Counted from the stretch's first letter, positions 37,110 to 48,211 are shown. The stretch: 64,000 nt of DNA from Bacteroidota bacterium (GCA_031402435.1 JANNSJ010000015.1:132288-196287); one strand, 5' to 3'. Numbers and translations: made by a program. Notes: generated by a model not told the origin, from the letters alone.

Positions 37110-40100
37110 ATGCGGCTGTCGATATTCGTCGGTATTAGCACAGTCCTCTTGACCTTCCCATCATACTCCCAAAAATCCACATCACTTCAAATTGTTGTTG
37201 GTTCGCCCAAAGGCGAGATGGCAACGATCGATCAAGCCCAAACAATCTTTGTTTCCTTCAATGAAGCAATGGTACCGTTGAAGGAGATTCCGGCAGATGA
37301 AGACGAGGGACCGATGACCGTCGAGCCGAAGATCAAGGGCAAATACCGCTGGATGGGAACAAGAACGCTGGCATTTATTCCCACAGATACGCTTCCGTTT
37401 TCAACGAAGTACACAGTCACCATTCCCGTGGGCACGAAATCCGTTGCCGGACATTCGCTAAGCAAGGAATATCGCTGGCAGTTCGAGACACCCCGGCCAA
37501 AAGTGCTCTCTACCGATCCGTCCAATGAGCAACGATTCGTTGAGTTGGATCATTCGATCAGGATCCGGTTTAATCAACGGGTGAACCCGGAGATGGCGTC
37601 AAAGTTCATCTCGATTGAAGAACGGTCAAGCAGCAGTATGAACTATCCGGCGTTCACTTCACGCTGGCCAACTGAAGAGGAAGAGAAGCCTTCGAATGAT
37701 ACAAGACGATGGCAGCCGGGAAGTCAGTTGCCGCGTGAATACACCATTGTCCTTACTCCAACAGAGCCTCTCAGGAGAGGAACAGTATATACGATTCGCT
37801 GCAAGAAGGATCTTCCCGGCGCTCAGGGAATGTTGGGAATGAACAATGAATTCACTTCTTCATTCTCTACGTTCAATGAACTGAAGTTCGTAAGGGTGAA
37901 GAATGACGACCAATTCAATCCCGCCCAGTCGCTTGTTCTTGTATTTACGAATCCGGTTGCTGTCAAAGAAGTTGCAAAACTTCTCGTGTTCGATCCTCCT
38001 CTCGCTGTGAATTATGATCAGTTCGGTTGGGACTATCAGGGCGAAGAGGTTGCAATTCAATTGCCGCTTCTTCCTGAAAAGAAATACACGGGCACTATCA
38101 AGGCTGGCCTGAAGGATCGCTTCGGCAACGAGATAAAAACGGATACGAAGTTCGCCTTCCGTACTGGATCTTTTGCCTCGTACGTCAGGATGACGACGGG
38201 TCCAGGTGTGCTTGAAGCGTATGAGTCGCATCGCTATCCGATCTCGTTCATGAACATCGACTCAGTGCATTTAAAAATGGGGAGGATATCACCCGACAGA
38301 ATCGTGCCGCTCATGCGCAGGATGGACTTCTCGTACTACGAACAGCTCGCTCAAGAAGCCGGCATTCTCGAAGATGTTGATACGAAGAGTGAACATCAAT
38401 CTGAATTTTCCATCTCTAAGATGTGGCATATCGGCGGAGCAAGAAATAAGCAAACAGTAAAGCCAATCGAGCTTGATGACGTACTGGGTAGCTCCTCGCT
38501 TGGAGTTGCTCTTGTGCAGGTTGATAACCGTCGTCCCGATCCCAATCACAGGTTCTACAAAGCCGTCGTTCAGGTAACGAACCTTGGAATCACTGCCAAG
38601 TTCTCCCCGGGCTCAACGCTTGTCTGGATAACACATCTCAAGGATGCATCACCAGTTGGAGACGCAAATATTGAGCTGCGCAGCGATTCGAACGAAGTCG
38701 TATGGAAGGGAACAACGGACGCCAAGGGCCTTGCCAAAGGTCCCGGATGGGAATCGGTTGGCTTGCGTTCGGACGATGAATGGAGACAGCCGCGCATTTG
38801 GGTGATCGTGAAGAGTGATGATGATGTTGCATTCTCAAGCTCCGATTGGCAGCAAGGCATTGAGCCGTGGCAGTTCGGCATTGCGCAGGACTGGAATCCC
38901 AAGCTTGAGCCGATGCAATCCTCACTGATGACTGACCGCGGATTGTACAAGGCAGGCGAACAAGTCGAGATCAAAGGCGTCGTACGGGTGAGAAAAGATG
39001 GAATCTGGAAGATTCCGCCCAAGAATGTTCTGAAACTCACCGTACGCAACCCGCGGAACGAAGAGATTTCTGTCTTGACGCCAAAGCTCTCACCATTTGG
39101 TTCCTTTGCAGCAAGTGTGCCGCTCACATCCAGCGCGCCGCTCGGATATTATTCGATGACGTTATCATTGAGCGAGATGGTAAAGGGAAAGGAAACATGG
39201 AGAGACATCGGGAGCGAATCGTTTCGCGTTGAGGCATTTCGTGCCGCTGAGTTCGAAGTGACTGCCCGCAGTGAAGAAAAAAGGTACATCGTCGGCGATA
39301 CGTTCAAGGGTTATCTGAATGCGAGGTTTCTCTTTGGAGCGGCATTAAGCAATGAGCAGATATCGTGGCGCGTGTCTGTAACAAATACATCGTGGCAGCC
39401 TGAAGGGTTCGAGGGATATTACTTTGGTCCGATGCCCTGGCTTTCGAGATACACTGGTCGGAATAACTACAGAGTTCTTGTTAGCAAGCAGGAGAAATTG
39501 GATGACAAGGGTGGAATCCAGGTCTCTGCCGATCTGAAGGTTGGTGAGGTTACCGGGACTGCATCACTGTTGTTTGAAGGCGATGTCACATCTCCCACGC
39601 GCCAGCAGATTTCGGGAAGAACGTCGGCTATAGTCCATGGCAGTGAATTCTACATTGGTGTTGCGCCATCAACCACATTCCTTCAGACAGATTCCACGCT
39701 GAAGTATAAACTCATAACCGTCACGCATGAAGGAAAGAATGTTTTCGATGCACAACTCTCCGTGAAAATTCTTCAGCGTATCTGGCGCTCTGTCCGGAAG
39801 GCCGAATCAGGTGGAAGGTATGCATGGGTTTCGGAGGAAGACAATGTTGTCGTTGACTCATCTGTTGTGAAGACTGGCGAAAAGCCAATTGAGCTATCGT
39901 TCAAAACCAAACAGGCAGGCTTTTACTTCATCGAAGTACAAGGCAACGATAAGCGGGGCAACCTGGTTCTGACACACGCGTACTTCTACGTCAGTGGATC
40001 AGGCTACGTTCCATGGGAACGCAGTAATGATGACAAGATTGAGCTTGTGGCAAACAAGACGAACTTCGCTCCCGGTGATGTTGCAAACATTCTCGTGAAG

Positions 40101-42782
40101 TCACCGTACGAACGGTCCATCGCTCTCATATCCATTGAGCGTGAAGGGATTATTCAACATTACACCACAACGCTTGTTGGCAGCGCTCCGCAAATCAACA
40201 TTCCGATTCTTAAGGACTATCTCCCCAACGTGTATGTTTCCGTGGTGTTGCTCCAGGGAAGAAATGCCGATGCCGGGAAGACCAAAGAGTCTGATGTTGG
40301 ACGTCCATCATTCAAAGTCGGGTACGTGAAGCTCTCCGTGAGTCCAAAAGAGAAGGAACTGAAACTCACGGCAAGCACAGACCGGAAAGATTACCGACCC
40401 GGCGATACGGTGGAAGTAATTCTGAATGTGAAAGACGCATCGGGCAAAGGAGTTTCCTCTGAAGTAACCCTCAGCGTTGCTGATCTCGGCGTGTTGAACC
40501 TGACAGGATATCGACTGCCGAGGTTGTTCAATGAATTCTATGCCGAGCGACCGCTTGCCGTGAAGACGACAGAGACTCGCATGCATTTAGTTGAGCAGAG
40601 AGAGTATGGAGAGAAAGGTGAGGATGAAGGCGGTGGCGGCGCAAATGAAAAGATGATGGCGGGAGTCGATGCCGAAGGTATCCGAAAAGATTTCAGAGCT
40701 TCTGCATATTGGAACCCATCGATCCTTACTGACTCAAAAGGTGAGGCACATGTACGGTTCAAGCTCCCTGACAATCTTACATCGTTCGAGGTTATGGCCA
40801 TTGCGCACACGCTCAATGCTGAGTTTGGCTATGCCGAAGAGAACTTCACAGTAAGCAAGCCCTTGCTGTTGCAGCCATCATTCCCGAGGTTTGCCCGCGT
40901 TGGAGATTCGTTTGAAGGCGGAGTGATGCTCATGAACTACTCCGGGAAAGAGAAGCGAGTGAATCTTACGATGCGTGTGAGTGGTGTGAAGGGAATGGGT
41001 GATTCATCATTTCTTGTGTTGAAACCGGGGGAAGCTCGCGAAGTGCGAAACAAGTACGCTGCCGATCGCGTTGGACGGGCAACGTTCGTCTTCAAGGCAA
41101 AAACTGATGACGATGCAGATGGATTACAATGGACAATCCCCATCAATGTGCCGCGGACGCGTGAATCAGTGGCGTTGTACGAGTCAACTATAGACAGTCT
41201 GACCAGAGAAAAACTCGTCGCTCCCCAAAACATGTTTACTGAACTTGGCGGCGTTGAGTATACGGCGGCATCCACAGCGATGGTCGGACTCTCAGGAGGT
41301 ATCTCATATCTCTTCGGTTATCCTTACGGATGCCTTGAGCAACGCCTATCGGCAGTTCTTCCAATTATCCTTGCAAAGGACCTCGTCGAGGCGTTCAAAC
41401 TCGACGTATACAAAGATAAGGATTACAAGCAGGTTGTCGAGAAAACGTTGGATGAGATTCCTGCATTCCAGAAATGGAACGGTGGTTATTCATACTGGAA
41501 AAATGTTGATGAGACATGGCCGTATGTTTCCGCATATGCTGTGTATACCCTTGTGCAGGCGAAGCGAGCAGGTTTCCGCGTGAACGAAGGGCAGCTCACG
41601 TTGGGAATGGACTATTTGCGGCGTGTGCTCGATGGAAGTGAACCTTGCAAATATTACGGCGAGTATGCCTGGCGTTCTACACGGGCTCTTATTCTCTATA
41701 CGTTTGCATTGGCCGGCAAACCGGATCATGGATCGATGGAGAAACTGTATGGTGAACGAGGTAAGCTTCCTTTGTTTGCCAGAGCGTATTTACTTCGCGC
41801 ACTCTTCGTCGCCAAGGGCAATGGGAAGATGATTTTAGAACTTGCCCGCGACCTCACGAACCAGGCGAAGATTGCTCCCACTTCGGCTCATTTTGAAGAG
41901 CGTGATGACCAAGGCCTCGATTGGATATTCGATTCCAATACTCGTACAACTGCGCTCGCCATGCAGGCGCTTGTCGAGACACAACCGGAGAATCCGCTCA
42001 TCCCAAAAACAGTCAAATGGCTGTTGGAGAAACGTGAGCAAGGGCGATGGAGGACCACGCAGGAAAATCTCTATGTGGTTGATGCCTTGGCGACATACTT
42101 CAAAACGTATGAAAAGGATGAGCCGCATTTCCGCGCGCAGATTGATCTCGCCGGCAAGACTGTCTTGCAAGAGATGTTTGAAGGGAGGAGTTTCAAGGTT
42201 GTAACCGCCCGTCAATCGTGGACTGATCTGGAGGCAGGAAAGGAATATCCTGTTGATGTAAAGAAGGCAGGAGCTGGACGATTGTACTACGGCGTGCGCA
42301 TGAACTTCTATCCCAAGGCCGCTGCTATTGCGAAAGAGGAAGGCTTCAGCATTATCAAGACTGTCGAGCCGGTGAATGGCGGAGCAATGAAAAATGGAGG
42401 CTTTGCTGCAGGCTCAATGGTTCGCGTTACTCTTTCAGTTGTCACTAATCAGGAGAGACACTTCGTTGTTGTTGATGATCCACTACCCGCGGGATTTGAA
42501 GCTGTGAACAGTTCATTCATCACAACAGCAAGTAACGTCGACGAGTACACGCAGCAACAGGGAAGAGATTGGTGGGAATTCAACCCGTTCAACCACACAG
42601 AAATGAAGGATGACCGTGTGTTATTATTTGGGGATTACCTTCCTGCAGGTGTTCACTCATTCACATATCTGGCGCGGGCGACATCGTTCGGTACGTTCCA
42701 GATGCCATCCACGAGAGTCGAAGGAATGTACGAACCGGAAGTGTTTGGACAAACCGGGGGAAGGATCATCACAATCAAGTAG
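37110..42782 (+). CDS. Bacterial alpha-2-macroglobulin family protein (MG domains, thioester CLEQ)
   Basis: ~1890 aa from MRLSIFVGISTVLL (signal) at 37110. Thioester motif GYPYGCLEQR. Overall size and architecture of YfhM-type A2M. Confidence 0.85.
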   Translation: MRLSIFVGISTVLLTFPSYSQKSTSLQIVVGSPKGEMATIDQAQTIFVSFNEAMVPLKEIPADEDEGPMTVEPKIKGKYRWMGTRTLAFIPTDTLPFSTKYTVTIPVGTKSVAGHSLSKEYRWQFETPRPKVLSTDPSNEQRFVELDHSIRIRFNQRVNPEMASKFISIEERSSSSMNYPAFTSRWPTEEEEKPSNDTRRWQPGSQLPREYTIVLTPTEPLRRGTVYTIRCKKDLPGAQGMLGMNNEFTSSFSTFNELKFVRVKNDDQFNPAQSLVLVFTNPVAVKEVAKLLVFDPPLAVNYDQFGWDYQGEEVAIQLPLLPEKKYTGTIKAGLKDRFGNEIKTDTKFAFRTGSFASYVRMTTGPGVLEAYESHRYPISFMNIDSVHLKMGRISPDRIVPLMRRMDFSYYEQLAQEAGILEDVDTKSEHQSEFSISKMWHIGGARNKQTVKPIELDDVLGSSSLGVALVQVDNRRPDPNHRFYKAVVQVTNLGITAKFSPGSTLVWITHLKDASPVGDANIELRSDSNEVVWKGTTDAKGLAKGPGWESVGLRSDDEWRQPRIWVIVKSDDDVAFSSSDWQQGIEPWQFGIAQDWNPKLEPMQSSLMTDRGLYKAGEQVEIKGVVRVRKDGIWKIPPKNVLKLTVRNPRNEEISVLTPKLSPFGSFAASVPLTSSAPLGYYSMTLSLSEMVKGKETWRDIGSESFRVEAFRAAEFEVTARSEEKRYIVGDTFKGYLNARFLFGAALSNEQISWRVSVTNTSWQPEGFEGYYFGPMPWLSRYTGRNNYRVLVSKQEKLDDKGGIQVSADLKVGEVTGTASLLFEGDVTSPTRQQISGRTSAIVHGSEFYIGVAPSTTFLQTDSTLKYKLITVTHEGKNVFDAQLSVKILQRIWRSVRKAESGGRYAWVSEEDNVVVDSSVVKTGEKPIELSFKTKQAGFYFIEVQGNDKRGNLVLTHAYFYVSGSGYVPWERSNDDKIELVANKTNFAPGDVANILVKSPYERSIALISIEREGIIQHYTTTLVGSAPQINIPILKDYLPNVYVSVVLLQGRNADAGKTKESDVGRPSFKVGYVKLSVSPKEKELKLTASTDRKDYRPGDTVEVILNVKDASGKGVSSEVTLSVADLGVLNLTGYRLPRLFNEFYAERPLAVKTTETRMHLVEQREYGEKGEDEGGGGANEKMMAGVDAEGIRKDFRASAYWNPSILTDSKGEAHVRFKLPDNLTSFEVMAIAHTLNAEFGYAEENFTVSKPLLLQPSFPRFARVGDSFEGGVMLMNYSGKEKRVNLTMRVSGVKGMGDSSFLVLKPGEAREVRNKYAADRVGRATFVFKAKTDDDADGLQWTIPINVPRTRESVALYESTIDSLTREKLVAPQNMFTELGGVEYTAASTAMVGLSGGISYLFGYPYGCLEQRLSAVLPIILAKDLVEAFKLDVYKDKDYKQVVEKTLDEIPAFQKWNGGYSYWKNVDETWPYVSAYAVYTLVQAKRAGFRVNEGQLTLGMDYLRRVLDGSEPCKYYGEYAWRSTRALILYTFALAGKPDHGSMEKLYGERGKLPLFARAYLLRALFVAKGNGKMILELARDLTNQAKIAPTSAHFEERDDQGLDWIFDSNTRTTALAMQALVETQPENPLIPKTVKWLLEKREQGRWRTTQENLYVVDALATYFKTYEKDEPHFRAQIDLAGKTVLQEMFEGRSFKVVTARQSWTDLEAGKEYPVDVKKAGAGRLYYGVRMNFYPKAAAIAKEEGFSIIKTVEPVNGGAMKNGGFAAGSMVRVTLSVVTNQERHFVVVDDPLPAGFEAVNSSFITTASNVDEYTQQQGRDWWEFNPFNHTEMKDDRVLLFGDYLPAGVHSFTYLARATSFGTFQMPSTRVEGMYEPEVFGQTGGRIITIK

Positions 42783-42784
42783 AG

Positions 42785-43570
42785 TTACTTTGGTGATGTG
42801 GCTACGTCCACTTCTGAAGAAGGAACATTCCGGAACGAGGCCACCTGATCGACAATCATCTGGCGCACTCTCGCCGTCAGGGCGATGGCATCATCTTTTG
42901 TCAAGCCTGCGGTATCCACTTCGGGCAATACGCGGACTTGCACATCCGAGGGCTTCCCGAACTTCCAGCTCTTCTTGGGCAGGCAATTGAATGAGCCTTC
43001 CACTGCCACGGGAAGTATCGGTACCTGCGCCTTGATCGCAAGATGAAACGCACCTTCATTGAATCGCCCGACGCGCCCATCGGGAGAGCGGGTTCCCTCC
43101 GGGAAAAAAATAACTGAACACTTCTGATCGAGATATCGCATTGCGGTCAGCAGCATTTTTGCTCCGCTTCGCCTGTCACTCCTGTCCACGGGAATATCAC
43201 CCGCGAGTTTCATCATCCATCCGATAAATGGAAGTGAGAAGAGTTCCTTCTTGCCGATCCATTTCATTTCCCATGGAAGATGGGAGAGGATGGGAATATC
43301 GGCGTGAGACTGGTGATTGCTCACGACGACATACGGTCGTCGGGGATTCTCGATTTCGTGATCGGAGAGATGAATGCGCCACGATGGATTCACCCGTGTC
43401 ATTGCCACGCCGAGCCGCCGGAACCACCGGCCCGTTCGGTAGTGTACCGGGTCGTGGTCAAACAGCCTGATCAGCGCAAGTAAGGGAACCCAGAGGATGA
43501 TAAGGGCAATGACTGCGAACCAAACCCAGAGCGAACGGAGTGACGAGAGCATCGGGCTACCTGCTGTCAT
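42785..43570 (-). CDS. 1-acyl-sn-glycerol-3-phosphate acyltransferase (PlsC/LPLAT family)
   Basis: NHQSHADIPIL (HX4D) and FPEGTRS motifs. Confidence 0.8.
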   Translation of the reverse strand: MTAGSPMLSSLRSLWVWFAVIALIILWVPLLALIRLFDHDPVHYRTGRWFRRLGVAMTRVNPSWRIHLSDHEIENPRRPYVVVSNHQSHADIPILSHLPWEMKWIGKKELFSLPFIGWMMKLAGDIPVDRSDRRSGAKMLLTAMRYLDQKCSVIFFPEGTRSPDGRVGRFNEGAFHLAIKAQVPILPVAVEGSFNCLPKKSWKFGKPSDVQVRVLPEVDTAGLTKDDAIALTARVRQMIVDQVASFRNVPSSEVDVATSPK

Positions 43571-44027
43571 CCAGCCACTTGGTCATGATGTGGCGTGGAT
43601 GTTCCGTGAAGCCTGACTTGCGATACAGATTATGCGCTTGATGGTTTACGTGTTCCACTTCCAGCCGCAATGCCCTGACTCCTTGAGCGGCACAGAACTC
43701 CTGCACGAACGCAAGCACGCTCTTGCCAATGCCTCTTCCCCTGTAGCCCGCGCCGATGTGAAGCTCATCCAGGAATGCTGCCTTGCCATAAAACTCAAGA
43801 CTGTACCAGAAGGTGACGACAAAATACCCGACCGGATGTTCAGCTTCTTCGATGAGCCAAATGCAGCCGAGTGACTCATGAGCAAGAAGATGTTTGATGG
43901 TTTTCAATGCTGCGCGAGAATCAAACTTCAAATGATCATAGGCGTAGTATTCGCGCATGAGCGAGAGAAGGGTCTCAATATCTGCAACAGAAGCAGGTCG
44001 GAAGCTTGCTTCTTTTTTTGACTTCAT
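43557..44027 (-). CDS. GNAT family N-acetyltransferase
   Basis: RGRGIGKSVLAFVQEF acetyl-CoA binding motif. Confidence 0.75.
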   Translation of the reverse strand: MKSKKEASFRPASVADIETLLSLMREYYAYDHLKFDSRAALKTIKHLLAHESLGCIWLIEEAEHPVGYFVVTFWYSLEFYGKAAFLDELHIGAGYRGRGIGKSVLAFVQEFCAAQGVRALRLEVEHVNHQAHNLYRKSGFTEHPRHIMTKWLDDSR

Positions 44028-44491
44028 GGTTGTAATTCCTCGATTCCGGATTGAGCGAGTTGATCGGCACGTTCGTTGAGTTCAACGCCTGCATGTCCGG
44101 CAACCTTATGAAAATGAATTCTATGCTGTCTCATGAGTTCCAGCAATCGAGACCAGAGATCCTGATTCTCAACGGGTTGCTTCTTGGCATTCTTCCAGCC
44201 ATTCTTCTCCCATTTCACGTACCACTTTTGCTGCATACAGTTGATAAGATATGCGCTATCGGAATAAATGTCGATAGGAATAGCGTTCGACTTGACGGTC
44301 TCAAGGGCTTTGATACAGGCGGTCAGTTCCATGCGTTGGTTGGAAGTGTTGCGTTCACCGCCAAAGATTTCTTTCGCCTTGCCATTGTACTTCAACACAG
44401 CGCCCCAGCCACCCAGGTTGGTTGCGGACTGATTGCCTGAGCATGCACCGTCACAGTACACAATGATGCTGTCTTGAGAGTTTGTCACCAT
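44024..44491 (-). CDS. rnhA: Ribonuclease HI
   Basis: IVYCDGACSGN...NQRMELTA...IYSDSAYLIN...HAGVELNERADQLA (DEDD catalytic residues). Confidence 0.85.
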   Translation of the reverse strand: MVTNSQDSIIVYCDGACSGNQSATNLGGWGAVLKYNGKAKEIFGGERNTSNQRMELTACIKALETVKSNAIPIDIYSDSAYLINCMQQKWYVKWEKNGWKNAKKQPVENQDLWSRLLELMRQHRIHFHKVAGHAGVELNERADQLAQSGIEELQP

Positions 44492-44588
44492 TCCAGGGAA
44501 AGCTTGCAGTCAGTGATCCTTTTCAGTAGCTTGCCATGAAGGCGCATCCAATCTACTTATATCACGTGCGAGATTCAAGAACGAAAAG

Positions 44589-46931
44589 ATGATAGGACGA
44601 ATCGGGGTGACAATTGCCGTTGTTGTGCTTCTGCTCTTTGCCTCGGTCTTTCTGCCATTACCGGGAAAGGATTTTCGCAAAGAAGGCATCCATTCGTTGC
44701 GGGTAGTTGATCGGAATGGATTACTTCTGAGGGAGTTTCTGAATGACGAACAAGGAAGGGGACAATGGCGATCTCTTGACCGGGTGGCGTCATCGTTGCA
44801 GAGTGCCACCATTGCAATCGAAGATCGGCGGTTCTACAGTCATGTTGGTGTTGATCCGTTGGCCCTTTTGAGGGCAACGGTTGAAAATGTGAAGTCGATG
44901 CAGTTTGTCTCCGGCGGCTCCACGCTTACGCAGCAAGTCATTCGTAATGTGTACCACCATCAACGCTCAGTTTCGAACAAGGTGATCGAAGCCTGGCGGG
45001 CACTTCGGCTGGAAAGAATGATGAGCAAGGATGCAATTCTGGAACAGTATCTCAATCGAGCGCCGTATGGCAATCAGTTGATTGGAGTAGAAGCGGCTGC
45101 ACAGCATTACTTTGGAAAACCTGCCCACGCGCTTTCGCTTGCCGAGTCGGCATTTCTCGCTGCATTGCCCAATGCGCCGTCCACTCTCAACCCACATCGT
45201 AATCTCGATGCAGCGTTGTCACGACAGCATCTTGTGTTAAGAAGAATGCGGGAACAGGATCTCATTGGTGATGAAGAATATGACCGCGCCGTGAGCCAGC
45301 CGATAACAATAAATTCTCCCGAGGCGGATTTCCGGGCTCCCCATGTCGTTGAGATGGCGGTGGGATCTCGTGCGATGTCTTCTGGTATCTCGTTCGTTCA
45401 AACGACAATCGACTACCCTCTACAGCAGAACATTCAATTTCTTCTCAGGGGCCACCTTGCAACGCTTGCAAAGAAGAATGTCACCAATGGCGCCGTCGTT
45501 GTAATCGAGAATGCAACAGGAGAGGTGTGTGCACTGGTGGGTTCGGCAAATTACTTCGATGAACAACACAACGGACAAGTGAACGGAGCCACGGCTCTGC
45601 GTCAGCCTGGCTCCGCTATCAAGCCATTCACGTATGGATTGGCTCTAGAAGCTGGGTACTCTGCAGCAACCCTTCTGGCTGACATTCCTCTTCACATCAC
45701 TGATGATAAGGGAGATTACATTCCTGAGAATTATGACAAGCGATACCACGGCCCGGTGCGCATGCGAACGGCTCTCGCGTGCTCGTACAATATTCCGGCT
45801 GTGCGGACACTTCAGTTTGTAGGTACCGAAAATCTCCTGCAACGACTCCGCCTTGCGGGCATCAGTTCTCTCACGCGAACTGCCGATTATTACGGGTTTG
45901 GTTTGACGCTGGGGAACGCCGAGGTTTCGCTGTTCGACCTTACGAACGCCTATGCATCAATTGCCAACGGGGGAATGTGGAGGCCTGCAAGAATGGTTCT
46001 TTCCTCCCATGATGTGAACGGAGGAGATCGCGAGGTTGAACCCATGCAGTTTAGACATAGAGTATACGGCGAGAACGTGGCCTTCCTGCTGACGAGCATC
46101 CTCAGCGATCCTGCTGCACGACGGCCTGCGTTCGGTAATGCATTCCACTTCCCCTTTCAATGTGCTGTAAAGACCGGAACAACAAAAGACTACAGGGACA
46201 ATTGGGCGATGGGTTTTACCGCCGAGTATACGGTGGGTGTCTGGGTCGGCAACTTTGATGGAAGTGAGATGCGTGGAGTATCCGGCATAACCGGCGCAGG
46301 ACAGGTCTTTGCAGACGTGATGATGTTGCTGCACATGCCCCCACATGGCAACCTTCCGGGTGAGTTTGTTGCTCCTCGTGAAATGATGCGCGTGGCTATG
46401 TGTCCACGGTCTGGCAAACTTCCCGGTGCTGATTGTAACAAGTCTACAGAAGAATGGTTCATAAGCGGAACTGCACCCGTTGAGCGGTGCGATGTTCATC
46501 GGCGATATCGATTTCAGGGCGAAGCTGGAAGAATGGTGGATCGCGTGTTTGAAGTTCTTCCTGCGCAATTCAGCGAGTGGGCTTCCCAACAACAAATGGA
46601 GAAGCCTCCTTCAGCATCAGTAAGGGTGAACAAGAAAGAGAACAAGACTGCAGATCGAGTTGAACGGCTCACAATCCTCTCACCGAATGACGGAGACTTG
46701 TTTAAACTCGATCCAACTTTACGACGGGAATATCAAACTGTTAAGATTGTTGCCGCGGTTCCGGAGCGCGCCGCAAGTGTGAAGGTTCTTGTAGATGGTG
46801 AGGAATTGCTGGAATATGATCGAAAAGGAGTGTGGTGGCATCTCAAGCAGGGGAGCCATAATCTCCAACTTGTCGGTATGATCCGAAATCGAAACATCAC
46901 GAGCGAGCAAGTAACGATCCACGTAGAATAG
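44589..46931 (+). CDS. pbpC: Penicillin-binding protein 1C (GT51 transglycosylase + transpeptidase)
   Basis: GT51 motifs EDRRFYSHVGVD, GGSTLTQQ. Transpeptidase SAIKPF (SxxK), C-terminal PbpC-type extension. 780 aa. Confidence 0.85.
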   Translation: MIGRIGVTIAVVVLLLFASVFLPLPGKDFRKEGIHSLRVVDRNGLLLREFLNDEQGRGQWRSLDRVASSLQSATIAIEDRRFYSHVGVDPLALLRATVENVKSMQFVSGGSTLTQQVIRNVYHHQRSVSNKVIEAWRALRLERMMSKDAILEQYLNRAPYGNQLIGVEAAAQHYFGKPAHALSLAESAFLAALPNAPSTLNPHRNLDAALSRQHLVLRRMREQDLIGDEEYDRAVSQPITINSPEADFRAPHVVEMAVGSRAMSSGISFVQTTIDYPLQQNIQFLLRGHLATLAKKNVTNGAVVVIENATGEVCALVGSANYFDEQHNGQVNGATALRQPGSAIKPFTYGLALEAGYSAATLLADIPLHITDDKGDYIPENYDKRYHGPVRMRTALACSYNIPAVRTLQFVGTENLLQRLRLAGISSLTRTADYYGFGLTLGNAEVSLFDLTNAYASIANGGMWRPARMVLSSHDVNGGDREVEPMQFRHRVYGENVAFLLTSILSDPAARRPAFGNAFHFPFQCAVKTGTTKDYRDNWAMGFTAEYTVGVWVGNFDGSEMRGVSGITGAGQVFADVMMLLHMPPHGNLPGEFVAPREMMRVAMCPRSGKLPGADCNKSTEEWFISGTAPVERCDVHRRYRFQGEAGRMVDRVFEVLPAQFSEWASQQQMEKPPSASVRVNKKENKTADRVERLTILSPNDGDLFKLDPTLRREYQTVKIVAAVPERAASVKVLVDGEELLEYDRKGVWWHLKQGSHNLQLVGMIRNRNITSEQVTIHVE

Positions 46932-47240
46932 CTTACATATTCCTCCAGGAACAAAAGCGGGTTTCTTCTTCAAGAAGTTTGAACTTCTGCGCTACGAGAG
47001 AAGCGCACACACGAATCGGGAAAGAAAGGACCGGGTATGAGTATTCTAGCTATTTACCCCATCAGTGACTCCGTAAACGTCAAGTCCTGAACTGTGAAGC
47101 TGCGGGCATCCACCAAGGAATGACCGGCATTTTACACTCCGCTGACTGATCATGGAACGATTGGCATACTCTCCGGTGTTTACACCCCGTCGGGGATAGT
47201 ACACACGAACGCTGGTCCACTAAACAAAGCGAAATAGCAG

Positions 47241-47807
47241 ATGTCCATTCTTCACGTTCTTGGAATCTCGGGAAGTCTCCGAACAGGTTCATTCAATACA
47301 GGATTGCTTCGTGCAGCGACAGAATTGCTTCCCGAAGGAATGACTTTGGAAGTATTTGATCTTACACCGATCCCTGTCTACAACGCTGATGCAGATGGGG
47401 CAAATGCACCGGAATCGGTTCGTCATTTCAAATCACGTATTGCCACTGCCGACGCGCTGTTGATCGCTACGCCGGAATATAACTATTCCATTCCGGGTGT
47501 ACTGAAGAATGCCATCGATTGGGCATCTCGGACTCCAAAGGATTCTCCACTATCGGGCAAGCCGGTTGCAATGATGGGTGCGGGAGGAGTCATGGGCACC
47601 GTAAGAGCGCAAATGCACTTACGACAAATCCTGTTGTTCAACGGCACGCTCCTGCTTGCGAAGCCTGAACTCTATGTGGCAGGAGCGCGGGACAAGTTTG
47701 ATGTTGCTGGAAACCTGACTGATGAAGTGACAAAGAAGGCAATCCGTGCCTTGCTTGAAGCACTCGCCGCGTGGACACTTCGCCTTAATCCAAAACACAC
47801 AACGTAA
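47241..47807 (+). CDS. NADPH-dependent FMN reductase family protein
   Basis: LGISGSLRTGSFNTGLL flavodoxin-like motif. Confidence 0.8.
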   Translation: MSILHVLGISGSLRTGSFNTGLLRAATELLPEGMTLEVFDLTPIPVYNADADGANAPESVRHFKSRIATADALLIATPEYNYSIPGVLKNAIDWASRTPKDSPLSGKPVAMMGAGGVMGTVRAQMHLRQILLFNGTLLLAKPELYVAGARDKFDVAGNLTDEVTKKAIRALLEALAAWTLRLNPKHTT

Positions 47808-47818
47808 AGGAATCAGAG

Positions 47819-48148
47819 ATGGCCCCTCGAACAGAATCTGGAACTTTTTCACTCAGGGAATACATGGCCGACATCGCTCTTCCCCCGAATCCTCCCGAGG
47901 AGTTCTTCTCAATGATTCCATTACAGCGGCTTCATATCAACAGACTTCTTGATAACGGTGTTGTTACAAGCTATTGTCTCGCGTTCGACAGGTCTCGTTT
48001 ATGGGTAACATTGCGTGCTCATTCGGAAGAGGCGGCTGTGGAAATTGTCGCGGCATTTCCCTTGTTCCGTTGGATGGAGGTTGAGATCGAGCAATTGATG
48101 TTTCGGAACACGGTTGTGACGACCATGCCCGTTGTGTCCATGAACTAA
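47819..48148 (+). CDS. Muconolactone delta-isomerase-like small protein
   Basis: LWVTLRAHSEEAAVEIVAAFPLFRWMEVEIEQL resembles the MIase C-terminal region (..LPLFPYMDIEV..). Start uncertain (47819 or 47864). Confidence 0.45.
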   Translation: MAPRTESGTFSLREYMADIALPPNPPEEFFSMIPLQRLHINRLLDNGVVTSYCLAFDRSRLWVTLRAHSEEAAVEIVAAFPLFRWMEVEIEQLMFRNTVVTTMPVVSMN

Positions 48149-48211
48149 ATAATCACCCGTCAGAGCACGTTGAGTAACCCACCAATCAAATCATTATATC
48201 AAGGAGTAAGC

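Noticed and set aside
37232-42215. Numerous short to medium ORFs on both strands inside the A2M gene (for example 38570..39127 minus)
   Set aside because: Alternative or antisense frames of a 5.7 kb CDS.
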